The notes beneath the pieces are model-generated. The model was not told the origin of the DNA, did not search any database, and saw only the letters and a program-made list of their open reading frames with translations. The translations under genes and the position numbers were made by a program. From Patellaria atrata CBS 101060 (lineage: Eukaryota), in assembly GCA_010093705.1 (NCBI GenBank), contig MU006094.1, positions 533,550 to 597,549 on the forward strand: a stretch of DNA of 64,000 nucleotides, written 5' to 3'. Of this stretch, positions 1 through 12,586 are shown one piece after another. Each line of letters opens with the position of its first letter. Positions within the stretch are counted from its first letter, which is position 1.

Positions 1-457
1 AACCGCCCCTCGGCCACTCCCCCCCCCCTCGCCTCCACAACGGCCCAAGCGTACAAGGTAGGTAAAGAGCAACATGACCACCTCAGCTCACCTTGACAGC
101 TTTTGGCGAGGGCATTTGGAATCCGCACATCTCACATCTCGCTGACCACGACCCTAGCCTTCACCCCCACGACCGCACTTGCCTTTGACGTAAGGTGCGA
201 CTGAGCAAAGGTACAAAGCCGCTCCCCCCCGCGCCTCGCGAAAGCCCCCCAGACTTCTCGTCAGCAAGTCACCCATCGAGATCCTTTGCCAATACCGCCC
301 GCATAGTCCAAACCGGTGCATCTGCACGACGGAGGATATGGGTGTGGCGCCGGCGTGTGCCGCAACTACCGACATGACATGAACATATCCCCATCGACCC
401 CTTAGGGGGAAAGGGGAGGGTCACTTGGGCCCATCTAGGGGCCGGCTGAACGCTGGG

Positions 458-2373
458 TTACCTCCCTAGCAACGTCGTCGTCGGCTCTGAACCTGCCTCA
501 CCACCATCGCTGGACTCCGCGGACCCTGCCAACGTCGCATCGACATCATGGTCGAGGTCGTGGTCGTTGCGCCCTTGACGTGCGTCTGCATCGTCTCCGT
601 CTCCGTCGTGCCGGTTGGTGTCATCGTCGACAGCGATGGCCGCGAGCACGACGCCAACGGCCGCGACCAGCCCCGCGCACGCGAGGAAGGGGAGCCCGAT
701 CCAGTTTCCACCCCACTTGACGCCTATGCGGAAGAGCTCCGCGAGAAGCGGGGCGCCGACGATGAGACCGACGTTCTCGATGACGCCAAGGGTCGTGTAG
801 AGTCTCCCGACATGGTGTGGTTCGACGAGGCTGGTGAGCAGACTTCGAAGGAGAAACATCAAGCCGCCGCCGAGGTTGTATATGGCACAGGCGACGAGGA
901 AGAGGGGGACGTTGGGTGCTGAGGCTGTAGTGAGGAAACCGAGAGCCATGATTAGAGCGGAGGCGCGGGAGAGGATGAGATCCTTGCGTTGAGCCGGGTG
1001 GTGGAGGAGAGAGGTGATGAAGGGGAGGATGACGAGAAGGACGAGTGTTAGCATACCGGACCGGATTGAGACTAGGAGGGTGGATTGGGATATGGAAATC
1101 CCGTAGCGTGTTGATGTGTAGAGTAGAAGGACCAAGTTGCTGGCGTATAACAGCATATGGATGAAGAAGGTGGGTATCAGTAGGATTATCCGTATGTCCG
1201 CTGTGATGAAACTGAAGGACGATTTGATGCCTGAAAGGAAGTTTTGCTTGTTAAAACCTGACAATGCAGGTGTCTCAGCAGATTCTAAAGAATCGGTATT
1301 CTGGTTTTTGTGGTAATTGAGCGTCTCTGGAACCGCAAAGACTATTCCTACCGCCGCACCTTGTACCAATAGTCCAAGGAATTGAGGTATCCATGGATTA
1401 TATGTCATAAGCCACGCAGTCAACGATGGAACAATGAATTGGCTGATCATCTGCGCCGCTCCTAATCGGTAGAACATAGTAATTCTGATAAAAGGTTAAT
1501 ATTGTAGGCAAGAAGGTAATTCAATTGGTTTTACCTCTCAGATTCATCAACCATGTCCGCAAGCATGGTAAATAACATTGCACTTGCTACTGGACTTGAT
1601 CCGGTAATAGCATGCAGTGCTGAAAGCCAGGAGAGGCGGATGGGAAGTGTATCAGCAAACCAGCCTAGATGATGTTTAGCAAACTGTTCCAGAAATATGG
1701 TGCATTTCTTGTGTATATTTGGAAATGAAGGAAATTAGGGGGAAGCTTGTATTTTCGTATAATTGCTAACGAATAAAATAAATATATAGAGTAAGATCGA
1801 ATTAAACATCGTCATGAAAAGGGAAATAAGAGTATAAAATGTTGAGAGCATACAAACGATCATTTTCCAGCCGCTTTGGAATACAAAACCAGCCATGACG
1901 AGCAGTAATACTGGCCATCTCCCGTACTTATCGGCGAACCAGCCCCATGGTATGGAGAATATCAAGCCTAGGAATTGTCAATATATGGATTTTTTTTAAC
2001 GGAGCTCGAGGCTCTGCGTACTTCCAATGGAGTCGAACGTCAACTGCCATCCTTGCAAAAGAGCAACATTTCCTTGCACTTTCGAGATCTTGCAGTATTC
2101 CTCCGAAACTTGTCCATTTCTTCCGATCTTGCTCGGATCATGTTTTTCGTAGTATTGCTTGCAATATATTGACTCGAAGACACGGGTCATAGCTGGATCG
2201 ACCAGCTGGCCACCAGCAACAACCGTAACGACAATCACCATAAGCAGAATGCATGCAATGCGACTGTTACGCTTCTCCTTTCTTCCATCACGAGCATTGC
2301 TAATCGAATCTCGGCGGGGAAGGGAAAGGAGAGGCGTTTCTTCGATGGAGGGTGACGTCGTTGGAGATGACAT
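458..2373 (-). CDS. Major facilitator superfamily transporter, 4 exons (about 2373-2022, 1967-1854, 1664-1535, 1484-458)
   Basis: ORFs 1996..2415, 1735..1965 and 458..1477 join at GT-AG introns. Motif A 'GWFADKYGRWPV', many hydrophobic helices, and the 'ESIYCKQYY...CKISKVQ' loop typical of fungal MFS efflux pumps. Confidence 0.85.
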
Positions 2374-2829
2374 GGTTTCGACGAAGGACGAGGTCGTTGG
2401 AGATGAACAAGTCAACGAGACTTGAGATTGAAGTATGAGTTGATGAATATTTCAAGAGACATCTGGATACGAGGCGACCATAAGCTTATATGTATCTAAA
2501 CTTGATTTATGTTGCGATCAGCAGAAATCCGAAGATGAATTTAGCCATTCCGTACCTTTTATTCCGTATCCGCAGTGGGTCGCGCAGCTTTCTCGTGGCC
2601 ATTGCTGCGTACGCAACCCCATCGTCGCAATCCACATATTACCCTTTCAATGCAATACGCAGCCTAAACATCAATTCATGACGAAAAGCATGCGTTATCG
2701 GGTTGAGAGTGAGGTTCGCGGTGTGCTATAAGAAGGGAGTTTTGTAGTACCTTGGTGGAATGTGAGTGTTCCAGCGGTTAGAAAGTTCTGCTGCAAGTGC
2801 ACCACCACACCGGAAATGGGCATCACGAA

Positions 2830-2870
2830 ATGACGACCGCCGCCGTATGAATGGACTCGGCGGTCGTCAT
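2830..2870. repeat. Perfect 13-bp inverted repeat with a 15-nt spacer
   Basis: ATGACGACCGCCG (2830-2842) and CGGCGGTCGTCAT (2858-2870) are exact reverse complements. Confidence 0.9.
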
Positions 2871-3234
2871 AAAAATTTTAAGCTTAAACAGACATCAGTC
2901 TGTCCTTGAAGCGGTCAGGAACACGGTTTGTTTGAAGAAGTTTCATACAACTATGGTGTCATGTCCCAATTCAGTTTTGTAAACGTAAAGCATTCGCAGT
3001 CTCCGGGACTTTTTACCTAATGATTATGAAGAATCCTTATAACTGGGTCAGAACCAAAGTAAAACCGTAACACAAATCATAACGGTGCTGTCAAGCTTGT
3101 CATCGTTCCTGAAATTATATAATTTCGAGTTTCCACCCGTTAATCATCTACTTATTATACATCCCTTTCCCTCCATTTCCTTAGCCCTAACTCCAAGCAC
3201 AATATGCATTAAAATACCCTCCCTAAAACCCTTT

Positions 3235-5067
3235 CTATATAAGGGTGTCGTACTCTGGATTGACCCAGCTCGGTTGTCCGTTCTTAGCTCTGATCCTTCC
3301 TCCGAAGTAATGGATTCCTGCAATTGCTGGTACGGTAACGAAGAATGTAAAAATACCCTGAGATGCGAAGGTCCATGTGAAGCCCACAGAATCAACATAA
3401 GGGGCGATGAAAAATGGACTGGCGAAAGCGCTGAAGTTCAACAGCACGGCATAGAACGTGATCATACTCATGCTCTGCAGAGGATAACAGTCCACAACGT
3501 ACGCAGCAATCACAGTGTTGCCCATTTGAATGCCCGCAGCGACTGAAAGCATGATTAGAAATTGTAAGAATTTAACAGAACCGGTTGAGAGAGCTTACAC
3601 AAGAAGAAGGCGACTTGACCGACCATCCAGTGATATCCTTTGTCAATGCTGATACCCCAGATTATGAGACCAACTATTGGTATCCGTTATTAATGTCTCA
3701 TCATGAGTTTCGAGGAACAAACTTACGAGCACTCAAAAAAGCCGCGGGGTATGCCAACCAAAGCCTCATCTCTGCCGTCTTGATGCCATTGTTCTTTTTC
3801 ACTAGTCTCCGGATTATAATATCACTCAACTTGCCAGATGTGAAGAGTTCAGAGAAAAGAGTCCCAAGAATGAGGCCTATGAAAAGAAGTCCCTGGATAT
3901 GGGGCTGATACGTCTCATATGCGATCGGTAGCATGGTGATTACGCAAAGGAGCCACCAGTAGAAAGCAAAAGAGTAGAAAAACACGGATAGAAAGACCGC
4001 GAGGAATTTGAACGTTAGGACGAACCGAAGAGCTGCGTCCCAGGGTTTCGGGTGACGCATTCCTGGAACAGGTTTCACATTGATAAATGGGAGCATCTTA
4101 GACCGAGGGAGATCGACCTCCGTCGCAACGCTGTCCCTTCTTTCCGTCTTTTCAATATCAGCAGTGGCGGCGGAACCTGCCGTGAAAGGCATCCGCAAGA
4201 TCATCTGATTGCGAGGATACAGCGTCTCCGGTAGGAAGGCGATCTCTATGATTAGAATAACTGCAAAGAAGATTGCACTGAGCCAGTTAATCCATGCTGG
4301 ACTGACTAAGTTCATGAAACCACCGATAAGTGGGCCGACAAGGAGACCCATATCGAGGGCGAGAACCCACATGCCAGTTTTAAATCCACGCTGGTATTCG
4401 AAAAAGATGTCGTTAATGATGGCTAATCCAACCGTTGAAGCCGGCGAGACACCAAAGCCCTGGAAAAATCTGCCGGCCATGTATCCACTATACTTAGGTG
4501 CCTTCGCGACACCAATAGTCGCAGCGAGGGCAATCACCGTCCCAACGATGAATATGAGTCGCCGTCCATAGATGTCGGCTAGGGATGACCATATTAGAGG
4601 ACCGACAGCCTACGAAAAATTAGTTCCACAGAGATTCTGATGCGCTTGCTATTGTAGAGGTGTATTACAAGACCCAAAGCAGGAATGGCAAAAGTCCAAT
4701 TGACTTCACCAACAGTAAGACCAAATTGTTCTTGAATGTCAAAGAAAGAGGGAACGGTGGTTGTAGTAATGTATGTGAACATAAAATATCTGCCACAATT
4801 AGTCAGTCCAAGAGCTATAGATCTGCGACGCGTCAAGAGTCATGCTTACAGGGACATAACAATCGCCAAAATGCTATTTTTCCTCATAGCTGTCCAATTC
4901 AATGGATCTAGTGGATCGGAAGTCGGCTGAGGATGTAATCTCATTCCATCCTTGATGAGGATTGGAATATCCAGATCAGCAGTCCCTAAGATACCATCTG
5001 CCTTCTCAGGAACGTCCTTTCTCCTCTCAACATCTTTCTCGTTCAAGATCTTTGCGGAATCGGCCAT
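3235..5067 (-). CDS. MFS transporter, DHA1/HOL1-like, 5 exons (5067-4850, 4789-4669, 4609-3727, 3673-3599, 3542-3235)
   Basis: N-terminal 'PQPTSDPLDPLNW', motif A 'LADIYGRR', 'GRFFQGFG', 'LPETLY', 'AEMRLWLAYP' and 'YVVDCYP'. Canonical splice sites join the ORFs. Confidence 0.88.
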
Positions 5068-6712
5068 CGCGACAAAAAGATACAGCCAAAGTAGTTTCAG
5101 AAGATGTCTTGCGCGGGACGCGACTACAGATCCCCAAGATATTTACAAATCGAGAAAGATCAGAAAGATACAAAGAGTGTGTTTGGGGTTGAACATGTGT
5201 GAGGTGAAATGTCAGCGTGCGTGCTCGAAAGAGGAGGTATGCAGAGCACGATGATTTGCGTCTTAAGAATGCTTTGAAGAGCAGAAAAGGAAGTTTTGAA
5301 GCTTTTGGTAGCGTCCTCTTGGGTTAAAAGCAATATGGGACGAAGTGTTCTGGACGCGGTAGTACACCACGCCTCGTGGTGGCTTCAGTTCTGAGACGCA
5401 TGGATATGGGATGGTTCCCTCAAGAGCACTCGAGAATGACGGGAGGTGGTGAAAACATTTGGGCAGCCCCTACTATTAGGCTGCTTACGGCTAGTATCTG
5501 ATACTGAGAGCGATAGGGTGACTATTACCGCGAATTTTAGAATAATCGGCTTTACAACTGAAGATCAGGTAAAGATAAGTAGCCGCATCGCTAATCGTGC
5601 AAACCGGTCCCGAGGAAGATTTCAGAAAAAAATCATAATTGCACTTAGCTCCCGAAAGATAGCCGTAATAATTAAAAGACCAACGGAAGCACGGCGCGGG
5701 ACCTTTCTGTACTCTGCTCTACTTTTTCTGAAGGGTATGACCAAAGCAAAGGTCTAACGTCCCGGTATTATCAGTCTGACTACTGTATCGCCATATCTCT
5801 GATGTCGAATTGACCAACCATCTCGGTTGCTCTACGTTGGCTTTCTGGCTTTTCTCTTTTTAGTTTTGCCAATAATGTCTACCTAGATATCATGAATATT
5901 TTCGGTAGAACTAAGGTAAAAGATTGTTGTTGCATCGGCGTCCAACTGGCTGGTCCTTGGCTGCCACTATCACTTCCCATCCCACTCTCTCGGTCTCATC
6001 TGTCAAACACACCCAAAATAATATCATCATAAGGATCATCAACCACATTGAACAGTATATATATATATCCATTGAACTACATTAAATGTGTCGACTCGTG
6101 GTATAGACGAAGTACCAGGGAGATATCTACTGACAGCCAAGTGGACAAATGCACCGAGGTGAACACCTCGCTCATCCCTTTCTTAGCTAACGTAAAATTT
6201 ACATAGCCATGTTAAGTAAATCGGATGGCGAGTTGGAGATAAGAGATCTTTGGTACCGTAGCTCGCTCGTCAGCCATTCTCCATCGCTCGTCGATCCACA
6301 AATGCTTGCATACCTGACGTCCTGTCGACCGTGCAGCTCACGCAGAAGAAGAAGGGACGCAAGATGTCACTCGCAAACGTCTGTGGTCGCTTCTGGCACC
6401 TAGTCTCTCCGAACACTAATAAGCATACTGATATGCCATTATCATTGCTAAGTAGTGCCACTTCATACATGCTTGTATGCAAGATTTACCCTAGGGGCAC
6501 TTTCCTTTACGGGATGAGGTATAATGGTATCCTTTTCGTCCAGCAATTGAATGCTTGAAACATTTCTCCTACAACTCAGAACTATCTGATGTATCTGTCT
6601 CTTTGACAAATGGCCATCTTACGGCACAGTTAAAATTTCAATCGTGCCTCAGCACAACATCATTGTTTTTGAACGCAAACTTTACTTTTCTTCCTTTTAA
6701 GAGCGTTTCGAT

Positions 6713-8331
6713 ATGGAGTCCCAAGATAACATCTCCTCCGGAATCTCATGGTTACCCAATTTCCTCCGCAAGTCACCAAAGGGAACCTCACCGTCAGAAA
6801 CTCCACCTAATGAGCGCTCACAACTGCTGCCCAAGCCAAATGATGCTGAAGTTGGCGAAACATATGAACTAGAAGATGAGGACTTACCTACCTCCAAACT
6901 TATCCTAAGAGAGTTTTGGATCCTGTTTAGAGGTTCCGTTCCTGTCATCTTAGCCTATGCGTTGCAGAATTCTTTACAGACCATCTCCGTGCTCATTGTC
7001 GGACGATTATCCCCTGAAGCATTAGCAACCGCTGCATTTTCCTACATGTTTGCTATGGCTACTGGATGGCTCATTGCTCTAGGAGGAACCACCGCAATTG
7101 ATACCCTTGCATCCGCCAGCTTCACCGGAAGTAAGAACAAGCATGATCTTGGCATTATACTACAACGATCATTCGTCGTTCTTACTTTATTCTACGTTCC
7201 TGTTGCAATTATCTGGTTCTGTTCCGCACCAATATTCAGAGCATTAGGTCAGGAGGATTATATAGCCCGGGATTCCGCCAAATTCCTTAGTGTTCTCGTA
7301 CCTGGGGGTCTGGGATACATCTACTTTGAAGCCATGAAAAAATACCTTCAAGCTCAAGGTACGTGTATCGAGCTTGAATATGCGACATACAGCTGAGACC
7401 CATATTAGAGATTATGAGGCCTGGAACATATGTTCTTCTCATCACGTCTCCTATTAGCGCAGGTTTGAACTACCTTTTCGTATATACGTTCAAAATGGGT
7501 CTCCTCGGAGCACCATTCGCGACTGGTATTTGCTACTGGCTCTCGTTCCTCCTTCTCCTCGCATACGCTCGCTTCGTGAAAGGCTGGGAATGTTGGGGCG
7601 GTTGGACTCGCCGCTGTCTCCAAAACATGAGCACATTTGCCCGATTAGCGTCTTTAGGGGTAGTTCACGTGGGTACCGAATGGTGGGCTTTTGAAATTGT
7701 AGCGCTGGCTGCCGGCAAGTTAGGAACGATTCCGCTCGCTGCGCAAAGTGTGATCATGACTACAGATCAAGTCATGAATACAATCCCATTCGGTGTAGGC
7801 GTCGCAGCAAGTGCACGCGTGGGAAATCTTCTGGGTGCTCGCAACGCCAAAGGAGCCGCGCGAGCCGCGAACACAGCAGCTTGGTTGAGCATGATTCTGG
7901 GTACTATTGTTCTTGCTGTCCTAATGGGCGTCAAGGACTTCTACGCAAAGATATTCAATGACGACGTGAGAGTCATTAGGTTGACTGCGGAGGTTATGCC
8001 TTATGTGGCATTGTTTCAAATTGCGGACGGCCTGAACGGGAGTTGCGGTGGGTCTCTAAGGGGGATGGGAAGACAACATATTGGCGCCTTCGTCAATATG
8101 GTGAGTTATTACGGCGGTGCCCTACCCTTGGGAATCTACCTTGCTTTCCACAGCTGGGGCCTTGCAGGCCTTTGGGTGGGACAGTGTATAGCACTTTATC
8201 TTGTTGGCTTTCTGGAGTGGGCGATCGTGGCATTCAGCAACTGGGATCATCAAGTCCAGAAAGCGTTTGAACGAATGGACCATGACGAACGAGCCGAGAC
8301 TGGGGAGTTTAGGGAAGAGGATGAAGTTTAG
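6713..8331 (+). CDS. MATE family efflux transporter (ERC1-like), intron 7359-7408
   Basis: MATE signatures 'GGTTAIDTLAS', 'KKYLQAQ', 'EWWAFEI', 'RVGNLLGA' and 'GSLRGMGRQHIGA'. Confidence 0.92.
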
Positions 8332-9966
8332 GGATTCCTTGGCCGGGTGGTAAAGGATTATCAGACTCTGAGGATTTGTTGAAAGATTGCCACTATTAAA
8401 AATGGCTGTAAAGATCGCATTATGATAGATATTCTCCGCTCGGGAGAGCTATTTTTTTTTTTTTTAGGACTTCAGAAGTAGACAGAGAGGCACAACATGA
8501 AGACAAAACCGAACAACATTTGCTCTTTTCCACCTCCTTTTCCCCGCAAACCCCGTTTTAAATGACACCTCTTCACCCTCCCCACAACGTCTTTCGACCT
8601 TTGACATAAAAAAGAGCCAGGAACACCCCATTAAGGTGCAATCCTCCCACGTTTCCTGCATATCAAGACTGCACTAGGACATGAAAGAATCACAAGAGCA
8701 GCGAGATGCATTCAGCCTATGCCCTCTGACGCCAGTCAAGTTCGTCATCCATCTCGATCTCGACCTGCTTATCGACCAGAAGGGCCCAGCGAAAACGCGC
8801 CCTTCTCAGCTGCCGCATCGCCACTATCAGCGTCTGGTAAACCTCGGGGGAAAGCAGAGGTTGAAAAGTCGGTCTAGCCGTTGCTACGGGGCATGATTCC
8901 CGCCGTTGAGTAATTTCGATTTCTCTCCATCATTATTCCATGCTCTTGAGGTTTCTCGTCATCACCTGCACGTACGTAACAGACATCTAATATTCGTCTT
9001 AACAGTGTCGGTACCAGAGGGTTAAGGGATATGCTAAGGCCTTCGCCTTACTGAGGAGTGTAGAAACCGGGGAGACGAGACGTCAAGACATGGAGCAAGA
9101 TAAAGCATTCCACAGATGCGTTGTGAGCATGTTAGGTAAAGCCACAATCGGATGGACCTATTGGCTACTTGATATCAGAATCACGAAATCTCGGCACACA
9201 TATTTCTGGAATCGATTGAACTAGTTCTAATGGCCGCTAACTAGTTCTAAGAACTAATCGTCAAACTTGCCTTACCTAATTCAACCTGAACTTTCTTCCC
9301 CCTCAACATCGAATACCCCACCAAACTTACAGGAACACTGGATCTTTGCTAGTATTCCGGCCTTACCATGCGAATACCATGCATCAGCTTCCGTCGACAC
9401 GTTTGCCATTTAGTCATCAGCAGTGCAAAGGACGTCGGAAGTTCTGATCCCAGGCCCAAACAAGCTTATCACTGCGCGCCCAGTTGCTATAGCCAGGTCC
9501 TAGCAACCGCAGCTGCCAACGACCTGACCATGCGTATGCTGCGTGAGCTGGACGCAATTGGGTGTATTCAGACGGGCTCTACTGAATGGTGCTATGCCGA
9601 AGACCGCTCGGGATGCTCTCACGGCTTCTCCTCTCTCGCGTCATTCGCGGCAGGGAAGTTACGCCCGAGGAGCAGATACCCCATTAGGTCATACCCTTCT
9701 CTGAGAAGGAACCTTTGCAGGAAGGAGCATGAGAGGCCAAAGGGTCCGAGATCTCAAGGTGAGGGGAGCTAGAGCTCTACCTTAGCTCCCTTTAGCTGTT
9801 TACCTAACAGCTCGAGGTCATCAATCTGTCAAAGCTATTGTTGATTGCTTGGATCCTTTACTTTTCTTCTTTCCTCTCGCACTTTTCTCGTCTTCCTCCC
9901 TCCTTCATCCTCTTTCTCCTCTCTGTCAATTGGTCAGTATAGAAAGATTCTGTTGTGATACGTAGA

Positions 9967-11594
9967 ATGAAGTCAATTGCTGTTTTCGCTGCTCTGGCAG
10001 CTCTAGTTTCTGGCCATGATGATCATGAACAAGTTCCGATTGAAGGCCCACACAAGGGACTTTGGTATAACACCTTGCCTGGTGATGGCGGGACTCAGGT
10101 ACGAATGACCTCCGAGCTTCTCGATGCTGAATCAAAGCAATTGACGTCTGGAAACAGGCGGATTCGGTGTTCTCCGGTATCTCGACATTTGGTCGCCTCC
10201 CGTACCATCCTTGTCTTGCAAGCGACGACGTGAAATATGACATTGCGTTCATCGGTAAGCCAGTCCCAATCCCCAAAGCGGCCTTGAGAAAATTCTGACT
10301 ATATTACCTTTGTAGGAGCTCCCTTCGATACTGGCACTTCTTACCGTCCTGGTGCTCGGTTCGGGCCTAGCGGCATCAGACAAGGTTCTCGCCGCCTGAA
10401 TCTTTAGTATGTAGAAACTTTAACTTACTCTTATCTCCGTGGGCGCGCAAAGGCTCACGTAGGGTTGGGTTTAGCGGTGGCTACAACGTCCCCTTGAAAG
10501 CGAACCCATTCAACAGCTGGGCTACGGTTCTCGACTGCGGTGATATTCCCGTGACTTCGTAAGTATATTTCCAAAAGAAGAACAGAATGAAACTTCGAAT
10601 ACATTGGTGATCTGTTGCTGACCAGATTATTATCGTGACAGGTACGACAACGCGTGGGCATTGAGGCAGATTGAAGAAGGCCACAACAGCATCCTATCCC
10701 GAAAACCGAAAACGGATGCCTCCAGACCCGGTCCCTCGAAGAATGGTAAAACCCTTCCCCGTGTCATCACCCTCGGAGGTGACCACACTATCACTCTCCC
10801 GCTCTTGCGCAGCGTGACCAGGGAATATGGTCCCATTAGCGTTATTCACTTCGACAGCCATCTGTAGGTCTCAGCCTTCCTCCCTCCCTTAGCTATCTCC
10901 CTTTAACTCCTCTCTAACTCCGGCATCAGCGATACCTGGAAACCCAAAGTCTTCGGCGGCGCCCCGTCCGAACAAGCTGCCGTCAACCACGGCACCTACT
11001 TCTTCCACGCCTCGCAAGAAGGCCTGCTCGCCAACGACTCCAACATCCACGCCGGAATCCGCACCACGCTGTCCGGTCCCTCGGACTACGAGAACGACGG
11101 TTACTGCGGCTTCGAGATCGTCGAGGCGCGTGAGATTGACACCATCGGTACCGACGGCATCATCCGCAAGATCAGGGAACGTGTTGGCACGGAGAAACCG
11201 GTGTATCTGAGCATCGATATCGATACTTTAGATCCGGCTTGTGAGTTTAAAACCCCCTACCACTATATTCACTGTTGGATGCGGTAGATGAGATATTGGA
11301 TGGTATAGCTGATAATGTGTCACAGTCGCGCCCGCAACAGGTACCCCTGAAACTGGCGGCTGGTCCACACGTGAGCTCCGCACTATCCTGCGTGGCCTCG
11401 AGGGCATCAACATCGTCGCGGCCGATATCGTCGAGGTTGCCCCCGCGTACGACACCAACGCCGAACATACCACCATGGCGGCCGCCGATACGCTCTATGA
11501 GGTTATGACGATAATGGTTAAGAAGGGCCCGCTCAGTGCTACGGTGGAGGGTTATGATGGGGAGTTTGGAGAGGGACGAGCCGAGTTGAAGTAG
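9967..11594 (+). CDS. Agmatinase/guanidinobutyrase-like ureohydrolase (arginase family) with an N-terminal signal peptide, 7 exons
   Basis: The spliced product contains [46 protein letters not shown] and DIVEVAP (Mn-binding motifs). Exons 9967-10098, 10158-10254, 10316-10406, 10475-10558, 10642-10863, 10930-11240, 11326-11594. Confidence 0.92.
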
Positions 11595-12586
11595 GTTGGG
11601 CCGAGGTAGGCCGTAAGTGGTGGGTGTATTGCAGAAGGGGTATATGTGACAAAAGCATGATTGGCGAGATGAGTGATGATGAGATGAGATATGAGTGTAG
11701 AGTAGTAGGCCATGTATACGATGTAGAGAAAATCACGTTGATGTCGTAGTACTTTGAAGCCGGGATGCAGATCCGTATATCTTTAGGGATTACTCAACCC
11801 CTGAACATGCCGTTCGTGTTATTGTCCGCCCATATAGGGTTAAGAAATCGTTAATACGGTACAATGCCGTATAGACCAGTATCGAGCATGCACCGGGACC
11901 CAAAATAGCCAGAGCAACCGTATAAGAATCTGGTTCCGACATAGGACCGTCCAAACTACGTCCTCTCCTGCGGTTTCGTTCCAGACTTACCGATCATTGT
12001 TCTTACCTGCGAACCCTGACAGCGCTGTACCGTACAAACAATAATTGCGTACCTTACCGTACTTACTACCCTGCATACAGTACCTTGACGCCTCTCTGAC
12101 TTCCGTACGAAAGCTAGTATAGCAGTACGGTGTAGGCACACTTCACCATACTCATGCGGCAAAGTTTAATCCGTTAGCAGATATCTGAACCGAGAGTTCC
12201 CGAGACCTAGGGGGTGAGTCGTAGCAATGGATGAAATCTAGGTGTGGGCTCCAAAATAACCTCAGAGCGTGCAAGCGGTTCAAAGGGTATATGGGATAGT
12301 ACAACGAAGTAATCTGCATTGTATTGGATTTGACGAAATAGAGTATTCATACGAGCCCTTTCGAGCCATGCGTCGGTGACAGTAGAGTGACAGGAGAATG
12401 GTTCTGACAAGCTTTTGATTGTGAAACACTTTTTTCTACCTGCTGTGGTGCGTCCGTAGATGCACGTTGATCATGGAATATTGGCGAGACCTAGAAACCT
12501 TCGTTCTAGAAATCTCACACCTGTCATGAACTTTTTGGGGGACGCGAAATCATGTGAGTGAGATGCGCAAGATGTGTACAAACCCT

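Noticed and set aside
9368..9772. 134-aa ORF upstream of the ureohydrolase as a regulatory peptide
   Set aside because: No similarity to the arginine attenuator peptide, and the CT-rich tract at about 9850-9925 suggests transcription starts downstream of it.
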